The notes: generated by a model from the sequence alone, not told the origin. A DNA stretch of 32,000 bases from Nitrososphaerota archaeon (GCA_016215465.1 JACRJT010000052.1:52113-84112), one strand, 5' to 3'. Counted from the stretch's first letter, positions 1 through 9,201 are shown. Program-made: numbers and translations.

Positions 1-1125
1 CTTCCGAGCGATAATTTTTACCATAACGGCGGAGCGATGACTAACTTTGATGGTCAGGTGTATGCGATAATGGGCGATAATGGTAACTATGGCAGATTAC
101 AGAACAGAGCGACAGATTGGAAAAACGACACTAGTGTTATTTTGAGAATTGATCCACCAGGACAATATTATGCGATGGGAGTTAGGAATAGTTTTGGAAT
201 TACATTTGATCCCAATACTGGAAATCTCTGGGATACCGAAAATGGAGATGATGAATATGATGAGATCAATCTAGTTCCAGAAAATTTCAACAGTGGATGG
301 ATTGAGATAATGGGGCCTGCAAAAAATCAAGAACAGATCGACTCGTTACCAAAATATGGGAATTTTGTTTACAGTGACCCAGAATTCAGTTGGCAAAGAC
401 CAGTTGCCCCAACTGCAATTTCTTTTGTAAAGTCGGACAAGCTAAAGGATTACTCAGACAGCGTATTTGTGGGCGATTGCAATACTGGTAATTTGTACAG
501 ATTCAAACTCGACTCAGATAGAACGGGTTTTGTCTTCGAGTCACCTGAACTAGCAGACAAGGTTCTCAACATTGGCGAATCGGCAGATGAAATTCTATTT
601 GGCACAGACTTTGGATGTGTGACCGATATTGAGGTAGGTCCAGATGGGCTACTATACATCGTATCACTCTCAGAGGAAAAAATCTACAGAATAATTCCGA
701 AGGTAGTGGCTGAGCAATCCAACCAAAAGCCAGATGCCGGCGGAGGATGTCTGATTGCAACTGCAGCGTACGGAACTGAACTATCCACCCAAGTACAGAT
801 GCTTCGAGAATTACGAGACAGTGTCTTGTTCAATACCGAATCTGGGACAACTTTCATGGCAGGGTTTAACCAATTTTACTATTCATTTAGTCCAACCGTA
901 GCAGATTGGGAAAGACAGAGTCCAGTTTTCAAGGAATTTGTAAGAATAGCCATATCCCCAATGCTGTCCACCATGTCCATTCTGAATTACGCCAATATTG
1001 ATTCAGAGCAAGAAATGTTAGGATATGGAATCGGAGTCGTCTTACTAAATTCTGCGATGTATTTTGTCATGCCCATATTGGCCATTGTGAAGATACGACA
1101 GCATTTTAGCAAAAAAAGCAATTAA
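1..1125 (+). CDS. PQQ-dependent sugar (glucose/sorbosone) dehydrogenase-like beta-propeller protein, N-terminus cut by window edge, with C-terminal GGGC-LIATAAYG anchor module
   Basis: Frame 1 is open from nt 1 (LPSDNFYHNGGAMTNFDGQVYAIMGDNG), so the M at nt 37 is internal. Motifs HNGG, GVRNSFGITFDPNTGNLWDTENGDDEYDEINLV and SGW fit soluble GSDH-family propellers. The last ~128 aa are a Cys motif plus hydrophobic segments. Confidence 0.7.
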   Translation, partial: LPSDNFYHNGGAMTNFDGQVYAIMGDNGNYGRLQNRATDWKNDTSVILRIDPPGQYYAMGVRNSFGITFDPNTGNLWDTENGDDEYDEINLVPENFNSGWIEIMGPAKNQEQIDSLPKYGNFVYSDPEFSWQRPVAPTAISFVKSDKLKDYSDSVFVGDCNTGNLYRFKLDSDRTGFVFESPELADKVLNIGESADEILFGTDFGCVTDIEVGPDGLLYIVSLSEEKIYRIIPKVVAEQSNQKPDAGGGCLIATAAYGTELSTQVQMLRELRDSVLFNTESGTTFMAGFNQFYYSFSPTVADWERQSPVFKEFVRIAISPMLSTMSILNYANIDSEQEMLGYGIGVVLLNSAMYFVMPILAIVKIRQHFSKKSN

Positions 1126-1201
1126 TTCAAAATAGTCATTACCAGTCACGTTTAGCACACCAAAACAAAAATTTATCAATGAAATTTTCCCTACACATAA
1201 C

Positions 1202-1408
1202 ATGCGAGACATTAATGACATAATGCCCAAGATCCCAAACATGAAGTGGGGCGCTTTAACTAACAAGTACCCTACAAAAAATAACGTAAAGGAGCTAGAC
1301 CAGCTGCTTCCACACGACAAAAAATGGCACACCGTCTTTGATCTTGAGGACCAAGTCTATGTTGACGATGTACGAGTCTGGAAAAAAGACAAAAAAGATT
1401 GGACTTAG
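1202..1408 (+). CDS. small hypothetical protein (68 aa)
   Basis: ATG ORF with a protein-like charged and Trp-containing composition. TTTATC TATA-like box about 27 nt upstream. Its stop overlaps the stop of the convergent gene in a TTAG tetranucleotide, like four other convergent pairs in this window. Confidence 0.45.
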   Translation: MRDINDIMPKIPNMKWGALTNKYPTKNNVKELDQLLPHDKKWHTVFDLEDQVYVDDVRVWKKDKKDWT

Positions 1409-1797
1409 GAGCCCATCATTCCAGGAATCTTCGGTGGAATTCTGTACGGCTTTGTTACCGAAATTCCGTTATCTGCAGTAACTTTTACTTGGTGCAACGA
1501 GTTTTCAGAGGGTGGAGACAGGATTACCTTTTGTCCAGGAGCCAGAGTACCCAAATTCAACACATGCCCATCACCGTAATTTACAACCACATTAGTTAGC
1601 GGTTTTGCACCAATATTTTGAACCATCACCCGAGCAGTTACAAAAAGATTTTGTGGATCCTTGAACGGGTCTACGTCAATCTCATAGTCTTGTGATGAAA
1701 ATGTTCCCTTGGATAACGAAAAAGCAATGACGCCCCCAATTCCAGCAATTACTGCGATTCCAATTATTATGAAAAATTTGTACGATGAAACCATCAA
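1405..1797 (-). CDS. N-terminally membrane-anchored protein with CARDB/Ig-like beta domain
   Basis: 130-aa ORF. Has an N-terminal hydrophobic helix (FFIIIGIAVIAGIGGVIAF), then a beta-rich pattern (VMVQNIGAKPLTNVVVNYGDG...LAPGQKV...VKVTADNG). Confidence 0.55.
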   Translation of the reverse strand: MMVSSYKFFIIIGIAVIAGIGGVIAFSLSKGTFSSQDYEIDVDPFKDPQNLFVTARVMVQNIGAKPLTNVVVNYGDGHVLNLGTLAPGQKVILSPPSENSLHQVKVTADNGISVTKPYRIPPKIPGMMGS

Positions 1798-1840
1798 ATG
1801 AATAGATGCAAACTAATTTAAAAAATAGATCAACTGGGAA

Positions 1841-2086
1841 TTATTTTCCGCCCTGTTCTGGAATGGTTGAAAGGGTACTTGTCGATATCACGTTTGGAAT
1901 TTTGCGGATTTGTTTGGTTACGATATCAGATACTATTTTGTGGGTTTGTCCCTGGACCTTGATGAAGATATCATACATTCCATATGTACCGTGCGCCTCT
2001 TTTACTCCATCAATTTTGAGAATTTCTCGCATTACATCCATTTCATGGGCCACTTCACATTTTACCAAGACAAACGCAATTTCCAT
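1841..2086 (-). CDS. stand-alone Lrp/AsnC-type ligand-binding (RAM) domain protein
   Basis: 81 aa: AFVLVKCEVAHEMDVMREILKIDGVKEAHGTYGMYDIFIKVQGQT...IRKIPNVISTSTL matches the RAM-domain pattern and has no HTH. Its start lies 1 nt after the purF stop. Confidence 0.7.
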   Translation of the reverse strand: MEIAFVLVKCEVAHEMDVMREILKIDGVKEAHGTYGMYDIFIKVQGQTHKIVSDIVTKQIRKIPNVISTSTLSTIPEQGGK

Positions 2087-2087
2087 T

Positions 2088-3521
2088 TTATTCGCCCTTC
2101 ATTTCCTCTCTTGTCTTGAATACAGGCTTTATTCCTAGCGTAGAGTAATCACCGCTAGTACACGTAAAGCACATGGAGTCAAGCGGTATGCCAACTGCGT
2201 TTGCCAGATTTTCTGCATCATTGTATCCCAAAAAGTCAGCCCCAATGTCTCGGCGTATTTTGTCAATTACTTGTTCATCAGTAACACCGTCACCTATTAT
2301 TCCAGTCGCCAATTCGTCTTGTGATGGAAAGTCGATTCCGGCATAGCAAGGATACTTGATTGGAGGATATGTGATTAGCATGCTGATCTTTCTTGCACCT
2401 GCTCGCCTTAGTGCTTTTATGATTGCCTTTGAGCTCGTACCTCGAACTAAACTGTCATCTATTACAACCACGTGCATTCCAGCAATGATTTCTGTAATTG
2501 GTATAATCCAGCGATTTATTTCGACTCGGTCGCTTTGGTGCGGCTCGATGAAACTTCGCAGTGGTCCCTTTTTGCTGTACCTGTCCTTGAGCAGTCCTTC
2601 ATCAAATTGTATTCCAAGTTCCTGCGCATATCCCAATGCCGCAGGTCTTGCAGAGTCCGGGACCGGGATTACCAAGTCTGCATCCTTGATTGGAAACTTT
2701 CTGGCTAGAAACTGACCGATTCTTTTTCTTGCGACATAGATGTTTGTTCCCTCCATTCTAGATGTTGGGTGTGCAAAATATGTAAATTCAAATGAGCAGT
2801 GTGCGTGCTTTTTTTCTTCTGAGAACATTTCAGATTCCATTCCAGAATTGCTAAACTTTAGTAATTCTCCTGGAAGAACATCACGAACAAGTTTTGCACC
2901 AATTGCAGTTAGTGCAGATGATTCAGAGGCAACAATCGTTACCTGTCCGTCTTCTTTTGAGCCAAGAACCATTGGCCTAAATCCACGCGGATCGCGTGCA
3001 GCATACACTGCATTATCATCAGATACAAAGGTAAAGCAATACGAGCCAGCCATCTCGTTTTTTAGAATAGATAGTGCACTTCCCAGTTTGCCGTTTGTCG
3101 ACATTAATGAGACCAGCCTTTGAGCGGCAACCAGAGTATCGCTTGCATTTTGCGGGGTAAACGTGCATCCCCCAACTAGGTTTGCAAGTTCCGCGACATT
3201 TGCTATCGTTCCATTGTGGGCAATGCACAAATCCTTTACCTTTAGTGGCTGGGCGTTTTCCAGGTTGCTTTTTCCAACAGTAGAATATCTCACATGGCCG
3301 ATTGCTGCAGGCGATGCGTATTCTTCAGTGATTTTTTGATACTCGCCTGATGCGCCAGATACAAGCCCTAGTCTTTTGATGGGTGCTTTTTTTGGGATTG
3401 CGATTCCCCACGCTTCTTGGCCTCGGTGTTGTAATGCACGCAATGCGTCAATTACCATTGGGATTACGTTTGTTCCATCTCTACTGAAAATACCAACCAC
3501 GCCGCAGTTTTCTTTAACCAT
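2088..3521 (-). CDS. purF: amidophosphoribosyltransferase
   Basis: 477 aa. Has a short propeptide then CGVVGI (N-terminal nucleophile Cys), a glutaminase domain, and the PRPP-binding motif VVVIDDSLVRGTS. Confidence 0.95.
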   Translation of the reverse strand: MVKENCGVVGIFSRDGTNVIPMVIDALRALQHRGQEAWGIAIPKKAPIKRLGLVSGASGEYQKITEEYASPAAIGHVRYSTVGKSNLENAQPLKVKDLCIAHNGTIANVAELANLVGGCTFTPQNASDTLVAAQRLVSLMSTNGKLGSALSILKNEMAGSYCFTFVSDDNAVYAARDPRGFRPMVLGSKEDGQVTIVASESSALTAIGAKLVRDVLPGELLKFSNSGMESEMFSEEKKHAHCSFEFTYFAHPTSRMEGTNIYVARKRIGQFLARKFPIKDADLVIPVPDSARPAALGYAQELGIQFDEGLLKDRYSKKGPLRSFIEPHQSDRVEINRWIIPITEIIAGMHVVVIDDSLVRGTSSKAIIKALRRAGARKISMLITYPPIKYPCYAGIDFPSQDELATGIIGDGVTDEQVIDKIRRDIGADFLGYNDAENLANAVGIPLDSMCFTCTSGDYSTLGIKPVFKTREEMKGE

Positions 3522-5679
3522 GCAAAACCAAATCCTTCAGTGAATTAAACCACTTGTCATGTGCCTTATCAACGCTTAGTTTTACAATTACCTTTTTGCT
3601 TTTGGAAAACGTGATGTTTTTTCCCTCAAACTTGCCAATGATGCCAAAGGTTACGTTCTTTGCTCTGAGATAATCCAGCACTGCATCAAGGTTTGATTTT
3701 GATACAGATAACAAGTACCTAGAATGACTCTCAGAAAACAAAATCTTGTCATCGGCTAGTTTTGACGACGGCACGTTGTCAATCGATACAACACATCCAA
3801 TGCCGCTAGTCATAGCAATCTCAGATATCGCAATTGCCAGCCCTCCCTTTGAGCAGTCATGGACGTTTTTTGCCCACTCATTTTCAATTATGTGTAGTAC
3901 TGACTCCATGTTTCGTTTTGATTCGGCAAAGTCAACTACAGGGCATTTTCCGCCAATAAACTCGTGAATGTACTCATAGTATTCAGAGCCGCCGAGCTCG
4001 TCTTTGGTAGATCCAACCAGAATCAGAATGTCGCCTTGCTCTGACTTTTGCGAGTGCAGTGGCTTTTTCTCAATTAGTCCCAGGACACCAATTAATGGGG
4101 TGGGCTTGATTGGTCCTTGCGGGGTTTCGTTGTACAGGCTCACTTTTCCCCCAACGCATGGGATGCCAAAGTGTTTTGAAAATTCAGAGATTCCCTTTAG
4201 CGATTCTAAAAACGTCCAAAAGATTTCTGGGTTTTCAGGATTGCCAAACTGCAGATGATCAACCATCCCAATCGGGGTAGCGCCAGTACACACCACGTTC
4301 CGGCAAGCCTCCTCAAAGCACCCGATTGCTCCGTTTTTTGGATCAATGTAGCATTGCTTTGGGTTTCCGTCAATTTTTGCAGCCAAGTATTTTCCGTTAT
4401 CCAAACGCAGAACCGCAGAATCCATTCCAGGCTTTACCACTGTTCTTATTCCGACTTCGTGGTCATACTGGCCATACACCCAGATTTTGCTTGCGATGTT
4501 TGGGCTAGATAGCAATTTCATGGTAGCTTTAGAAAGATCAGAGACAGATTTTGGTTCCGTCTTTTTTTGCAGTTCTTTGAGATATGTAGGCTCCTTTGAC
4601 GGCCTGTCAAGAAGCGGCGCATTTGCAACAATTTCAGCAGGCATGGATGCAACAATGGCATTGTTGTTTCTGACCTTCATTATTTTGTCAGACGTCACCT
4701 TGCCGATAACAGAACATGTGACTCGGAATTTTTTGCAGATAGATTCTAGTTTTACAAGTTTTTTCTTATCGGTAATGATTAGTATTCGTTCCTGGGATTC
4801 AGATGTCATTATCTCCCTTGGATTCATGTCAGATTCCCTTGTGTGGACGCGGTTCACGTCAAGCTCAATTCCAATTCCAAGAGTGTCTGCAGTTTCTGAA
4901 ATTGCGCACGAAAGCCCGCCTCCGCCCAAGTCCTTTAGCGCCTTGATGCAGCCCTCGTTTCTTGCTTCAAGTGTTGCCTCGATGATCAATTTTTCAATAA
5001 AAGGGTCCGGAATTTGTACCGCCGAGCGGTCTTCGGTCTCAAGGGAATCAGATGCAAACTGAGCGCCCCCGATTCCATCTCGCCCCGTAGAGCCTCCAAG
5101 TAACACCACCATGTCGCCCGCATCAGCGTGATTTTTGATCAGATTTTCTTTTTTGCCAAATCCAATTGACGCAACATCAACTAGCGCATAATTTGTATAA
5201 CATTCATCAAACTCTACTTCACCGCCAATGGTTGGAATGCCAAGACAGTTGCCATAGTCGGCAATTCCAGTTACAGCATTTTTGAACAGCCATCTTGCCT
5301 GGGAATCTTTTTCTATGTTCCCAAAACGAAGCCCGTCAAGAAGCGCAATCGGTCTTGTGCCTGCAGATAAAATATCGCGAATAACCCCACCCACCCCAGT
5401 TGCAGCACCGCCGTACGGCTCAACAGCAGAGGGATGGTTATGACTTTCTATGTGGACAGTTATCACATATCCGTCTCCGACATCTAGCACTCCAGAGTCA
5501 AATCCCTTTTCCCGGATTACACGAGGTCCAGACATTGGAAGCATTTTGAGATGCTTTTTTGAAGACTTGTATGAACAGTGCTCAGACCATTCTGCTGCAA
5601 CAATGTGCATTTCTGTGTCGTTTGGTTTTCTTTTAATTTTTTTTGAAAGATAGTCTAGCTCTTGTGACTGTAGACTCAT
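3514..5679 (-). CDS. purL: phosphoribosylformylglycinamidine synthase subunit II
   Basis: 721 aa with the typical small-PurL signatures (EWSEHCSYKSS, ESHNHPSAVEPYGGAATGVGGVIRD). Its 3' end overlaps the purF start by 8 nt and its start overlaps the purQ stop by 4 nt. Confidence 0.95.
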   Translation of the reverse strand: MSLQSQELDYLSKKIKRKPNDTEMHIVAAEWSEHCSYKSSKKHLKMLPMSGPRVIREKGFDSGVLDVGDGYVITVHIESHNHPSAVEPYGGAATGVGGVIRDILSAGTRPIALLDGLRFGNIEKDSQARWLFKNAVTGIADYGNCLGIPTIGGEVEFDECYTNYALVDVASIGFGKKENLIKNHADAGDMVVLLGGSTGRDGIGGAQFASDSLETEDRSAVQIPDPFIEKLIIEATLEARNEGCIKALKDLGGGGLSCAISETADTLGIGIELDVNRVHTRESDMNPREIMTSESQERILIITDKKKLVKLESICKKFRVTCSVIGKVTSDKIMKVRNNNAIVASMPAEIVANAPLLDRPSKEPTYLKELQKKTEPKSVSDLSKATMKLLSSPNIASKIWVYGQYDHEVGIRTVVKPGMDSAVLRLDNGKYLAAKIDGNPKQCYIDPKNGAIGCFEEACRNVVCTGATPIGMVDHLQFGNPENPEIFWTFLESLKGISEFSKHFGIPCVGGKVSLYNETPQGPIKPTPLIGVLGLIEKKPLHSQKSEQGDILILVGSTKDELGGSEYYEYIHEFIGGKCPVVDFAESKRNMESVLHIIENEWAKNVHDCSKGGLAIAISEIAMTSGIGCVVSIDNVPSSKLADDKILFSESHSRYLLSVSKSNLDAVLDYLRAKNVTFGIIGKFEGKNITFSKSKKVIVKLSVDKAHDKWFNSLKDLVLHG

Positions 5680-6356
5680 TTTCTTGCACCAACGGTAGTA
5701 ATCAAAGACTCAAAAATCACAGATGCAGGTTTGGAATCTTTCGGATTGATTTCAGCCTCAACTGCGCGCTCAGGATGAGGCATCATACCAACCACGTTTC
5801 CCTCCTTGTTGCAGATTCCAGCAATGTCAAAAACAGAGTTGTTTACGGATTCGCCGTACCTAAACACAATCTGGTTGTTTTTCTTTAGCATGGAAAGCGT
5901 GGCCTTGTCGACATAGTATCTTCCCTCGCCGTTTGCAATAGGGATTGGAATTCTCTCCTTGAGTGCAAATTTGTTGGTAAACGGAGTCTTGTTGTTTTCC
6001 ACTATGAGTTCAGTCCATTTGCACATAAAATTAAGCGATGTATTTCTCAGCAACACCCCAGGCAAAAGCTCAGACTCTACCAATATCTGAAATCCGTTAC
6101 ACACCCCAAGTACCGGCATTCCCTTTTCTGCCATCCTTTTTACATCAGATATTATAGGACTGTGCGCTGCAATTACTCCTGCCCTCAGTCTGTCACCATA
6201 AGAAAATCCGCCAGGTAGGACAATAGCGTCTAGATCCTTTGGAAGCTTGTCCTCATGCCAAAAATATTTCACATCTAATTTGAAAACATCAAGTAAAACG
6301 TGGTACATGTCGCGATCGCAATTACTTCCGGGAAATACGACGATGCCGACTTTCAC
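5676..6356 (-). CDS. purQ: phosphoribosylformylglycinamidine synthase subunit I (glutaminase)
   Basis: 226 aa. Class-I glutamine amidotransferase with VLGVCNGFQIL (nucleophile Cys) and MMPHPER motifs. Confidence 0.95.
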   Translation of the reverse strand: MKVGIVVFPGSNCDRDMYHVLLDVFKLDVKYFWHEDKLPKDLDAIVLPGGFSYGDRLRAGVIAAHSPIISDVKRMAEKGMPVLGVCNGFQILVESELLPGVLLRNTSLNFMCKWTELIVENNKTPFTNKFALKERIPIPIANGEGRYYVDKATLSMLKKNNQIVFRYGESVNNSVFDIAGICNKEGNVVGMMPHPERAVEAEINPKDSKPASVIFESLITTVGARK

Positions 6357-6447
6357 ACTGTGATTTGTACGACGCCATTAATTAATTAAATCACAAGATT
6401 TGGCAGTCTGTCCTCAAAAGAACATACGGTAGGAATCACAACAAACC

Positions 6448-6456
6448 TTTTTTATC
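6448..6456 (+). promoter_or_regulatory. TATA-like box (TTTTTTATC) for the CBS-domain gene
   Basis: Centred about 26 nt upstream of the ATG at 6479. This spacing fits an archaeal leaderless transcript. Confidence 0.4.
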
Positions 6457-6478
6457 TTCAAAATTCCCAAAACGAATC

Positions 6479-6898
6479 ATGGGTCAAGTCAGAGACATAA
6501 TGAACAAGCACGTAATCACCATATCAAAGGAAAAAACGTGCTTGGAGGCAGCATCCCTTCTTCAGGAAAAAGACATCAGTTTTCTAGTCGTGGCCGAAGG
6601 CCAAAACCCAGTAGGAATACTAAGCGAGGCAGACTTTGTTAGAAAGATCGTAGTCAAGAACAGGCTTGCATCCGATGTCCCAGTATCTGAGATAATGTCA
6701 CCCAAGTTCAGGTGGGTTGAGCCAACCACTCTAATTGAGGACGCGGTGCAAAAAATGCTAAACAACAACATCCGAAGGCTATTGGTACTTGAAAACGAAA
6801 AACTAGTAGGCGTAATTACGCAGACTGACCTTGCATCATATCTAAGAAGCAAATTACTAATCGACGGGACAATAAAGTCAATCGGGAAAGACGACTAG
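6479..6898 (+). CDS. CBS-domain pair protein
   Basis: 139 aa with two CBS repeats (VRDIMNKHVITIS...ISFLVV...GILSEADFVRK and VSEIMSPKFRWV...IRRLLVLENEKLVGVITQTDL). Confidence 0.85.
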   Translation: MGQVRDIMNKHVITISKEKTCLEAASLLQEKDISFLVVAEGQNPVGILSEADFVRKIVVKNRLASDVPVSEIMSPKFRWVEPTTLIEDAVQKMLNNNIRRLLVLENEKLVGVITQTDLASYLRSKLLIDGTIKSIGKDD

Positions 6899-7149
6899 CT
6901 CACGGTAAACGTGACCTTGCTTACCATCGGATTGTAGATTCTAAGTTCGTTGCAGAGTTTTCGAACTGTTTCTTCTGCTGCTTTTTTGTTGGTTGTGTTT
7001 ATTTGGAATTTTAGCATTTTTGCAGATCGTATCTTTTTGACCGACGAGTAACTTCCCTTTAGCACCAAATCGTTTAGAATTGTAGCGCCTTCAGGATCAC
7101 TGATTCCGGGTTTGTTTTCAATTATAACCTGAACCTCAAACAACGGCAT
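6895..7149 (-). CDS. purS: phosphoribosylformylglycinamidine synthase subunit PurS
   Basis: 84 aa. The pattern FEVQVIIENKPGISDPEGATILNDL...VKKIRSAKMLKF fits PurS. Confidence 0.85.
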   Translation of the reverse strand: MPLFEVQVIIENKPGISDPEGATILNDLVLKGSYSSVKKIRSAKMLKFQINTTNKKAAEETVRKLCNELRIYNPMVSKVTFTVS

Positions 7150-7170
7150 GAGTAGTTTTGCCTTTGCTGT

Positions 7171-7180
7171 AATATAATAA
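7171..7180 (-). promoter_or_regulatory. TATA-like box (TTATTATATT on minus strand) for purS
   Basis: Centred about 26 nt upstream of the purS ATG (7149). Confidence 0.4.
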
Positions 7181-7225
7181 TCTAGGCTCTGCCAATTAAT
7201 TTAATCACATATTTGACATAGCCAA

Positions 7226-7231
7226 TTTATA
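7226..7231 (+). promoter_or_regulatory. TATA-like box (TTTATA) for the 7257 gene
   Basis: Centred about 28 nt upstream of the GTG start at 7257. Confidence 0.4.
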
Positions 7232-7256
7232 GTACGTCAACGACTCAAGAATTGCA

Positions 7257-7727
7257 GTGACTCGCCACAGATACTGGAAGATAACGTCAGATGATATTCA
7301 AAAATATGACTATGATCAAAACAAGGTACTAAACTGGGAAATCAAAGGCGTAAAGGAACCAGAAGAGGATGCAAGGTTTATCGGAGTATTTTTGTACAAA
7401 AGAGGGACGCCGATTGACTACACTCCGACAAAAGGACTAGTACTATACCACAACAACATTTCAAAAAAAGAAGTTGAGGAAGCTACAAAATTCATCAAAG
7501 ACAAATTCGGTGGAGATACAAAAGACAAGGGAACTCGCATATTTTTGGAAGGCTCTAAAGAGATTTACTCAGGAAAAGAAGTAGGCCAGCTTGCAAAGGA
7601 CTTGGAAGCACGGTTTGACCTCAAGTCCACCATCTCAATAGAGTTTGAAAGCCTCACAGAAGAAGAGCGGAAAAAAGCAGGCCTGCCAGACGCAAAACTA
7701 TTGCCAATACCTGGAAATCACAGCTAA
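7257..7727 (+). CDS. hypothetical protein (156 aa), GTG start
   Basis: Long ORF with balanced composition and its own TATA-like box. I recognise no family. Confidence 0.6.
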   Translation: MTRHRYWKITSDDIQKYDYDQNKVLNWEIKGVKEPEEDARFIGVFLYKRGTPIDYTPTKGLVLYHNNISKKEVEEATKFIKDKFGGDTKDKGTRIFLEGSKEIYSGKEVGQLAKDLEARFDLKSTISIEFESLTEEERKKAGLPDAKLLPIPGNHS

Positions 7728-7739
7728 AAATCAGTAACC

Positions 7740-7745
7740 TAAATA
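7740..7745 (+). promoter_or_regulatory. TATA-like box (TAAATA) for tatC
   Basis: Centred about 28 nt upstream of the ATG at 7771. Confidence 0.35.
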
Positions 7746-7770
7746 GACATTTAGCGCATTAAAACATCAA

Positions 7771-8571
7771 ATGTCGGAACTACATGGAATTTTTCAGCAC
7801 GTAGCAGAGCTGCGAAAGAGGGTAACAAGAATAGTAATTGCAGTAGTCGTCATCATCGCAGTAATTCTGACTTTTAGGTTGGAGCACTTTGTTTACAGCG
7901 GAATTACACTTTACTACCCAGTTCCAGAGCCAATCAACAACATTGCAGCACAGATAACAAACCACATGCGTCAAGAACTGGTGCCAAAAAGCGTTCAGCT
8001 AATCCAGACAGCACCAGGTCAGGCGTTTTATGCACAAATGTATGTTGCATCAATTGTAGGAATTGTGCTTTCCATGCCAATCATCATAAGAGAGTTTACC
8101 GCATTTATCAGACCGGCACTGAAGGAGAGTGAAATCAAGGCGACCCGCTCAATAGCAATTCCGGCGTTGGTTCTTTTTGTAGCAGGGGTGGTGTTTTCGT
8201 ATTTCATAGTGATACCATTCATGCTGAATTTTCTGTACCAGTACGGGGAAGCATCCGGTCTTGTTACGTTTTTGAACGTGATTGATTTTGTATCGTTTGT
8301 TTTGCAATTTCTGCTTGCATTCGGAATTGCATTTCAGCTTCCACTGATCATGTATGCTGCAACAGCGTCTGGAATTACGGATGCCAAGTTTTGGCGCAGA
8401 AATATTCGATACGCAATTGTGATTTTAGTAATTGTCGGTGCGGTGGTTACACCAGACGGAAGCGGCGTTACAATGTGGTTTATTTCAGGGCCCATGATTG
8501 CGTTGTATCTTGCAGGCATGACAGTAATAGAGAGACGGGAATTTAGAATTAAAAGACTTCAACAGGGCTAG
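7771..8571 (+). CDS. tatC: twin-arginine translocase subunit TatC
   Basis: 266 aa, about 6 TM segments, N-terminal HVAELRKR motif and TatC-like topology. Confidence 0.9.
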   Translation: MSELHGIFQHVAELRKRVTRIVIAVVVIIAVILTFRLEHFVYSGITLYYPVPEPINNIAAQITNHMRQELVPKSVQLIQTAPGQAFYAQMYVASIVGIVLSMPIIIREFTAFIRPALKESEIKATRSIAIPALVLFVAGVVFSYFIVIPFMLNFLYQYGEASGLVTFLNVIDFVSFVLQFLLAFGIAFQLPLIMYAATASGITDAKFWRRNIRYAIVILVIVGAVVTPDGSGVTMWFISGPMIALYLAGMTVIERREFRIKRLQQG

Positions 8572-8708
8572 ATTCGAGGGAATTTTTTAATTCATCTTGA
8601 ATCGTAGAAAAAATACGATTTTGTCCGTTAATAGTTTTTTGAATCCCACAAGTAGACTTGCCTATTTAGTTTGATTCCATCAGATTTGTAAAGAAAATCA
8701 GGCTTCAC

Positions 8709-8966
8709 CTAATAATTTTTGTAGATTTTTCCTCTATGATCAGTCTCCACGACAAAGATTATCATTTTGCCTTGCTGTAAATCCAAAATTACTCTGTAAT
8801 TGCCCACTCGAAGTCTGTAAAATGGTGAATTTGTTAGTCTAATCACAGTTTGGAATGGATCTTCTACACAGTCCAATATGGAATCATAAATTTTTTGTGC
8901 ATTTTTTGTATCAGTTTTTTCTAACTGCTTGACAGATTTCTCAGACCAAATTACTGTCCAAGTCAT
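8709..8966 (-). CDS. RelE/ParE-family type II toxin
   Basis: 85 aa. W-I-x-S-x-x-x-x-KQLEK..., FYRLRVGNYRVILD and the C-terminal HRGKIY fit RelE/ParE. Its start lies 1 nt after the upstream antitoxin stop. Confidence 0.8.
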   Translation of the reverse strand: MTWTVIWSEKSVKQLEKTDTKNAQKIYDSILDCVEDPFQTVIRLTNSPFYRLRVGNYRVILDLQQGKMIIFVVETDHRGKIYKNY

Positions 8967-8967
8967 C

Positions 8968-9201
8968 CTATTTTAGCCCTAATTTCTTTTTCACTTGTTC
9001 TGACGTATACACACGCCCCGCCTTGATGTCCGCCACACCCTCTTCAATGTTCTTGATTATTGCCTTGCTCAGTACATCATCTTCTTGAGTAATTTTTAAG
9101 AGTCTAGCAATTACGGTTTCATAGGTTTCTCCAGGATGATTCATTTGTTTTCTGAGATCATTTTTGATCTTTTTAGAGAGCTTAATCGTACTTTGTTCCA
9201 T
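8968..9201 (-). CDS. putative antitoxin (77 aa from the ATG at 9201; the ORF track's TTG start at 9213 is less likely)
   Basis: Small ORF directly upstream of and coupled to the toxin. The C-terminal EEGVADIKAGRVYTSEQVKKKLGL is typical of RelB/ParD-like antitoxin tails. A TATA-like TTTTTATATTA lies about 27-32 nt upstream of the ATG at 9201. Confidence 0.65.
   Translation of the reverse strand: MEQSTIKLSKKIKNDLRKQMNHPGETYETVIARLLKITQEDDVLSKAIIKNIEEGVADIKAGRVYTSEQVKKKLGLK

Noticed and set aside
2356-5062. Numerous 60-190-aa ORFs antisense to purF and purL (for example 2356..2715 and 4487..5062)
   Set aside because: They lie entirely inside, and opposite to, genes with unmistakable enzyme signatures. 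They have Ser/Phe/Leu-rich shadow composition and no promoter-like context. The same applies to antisense ORFs within the GSDH-like gene, tatC, purP, EF-2, the DLH gene and msrA (18116..18334, 18497..18688).
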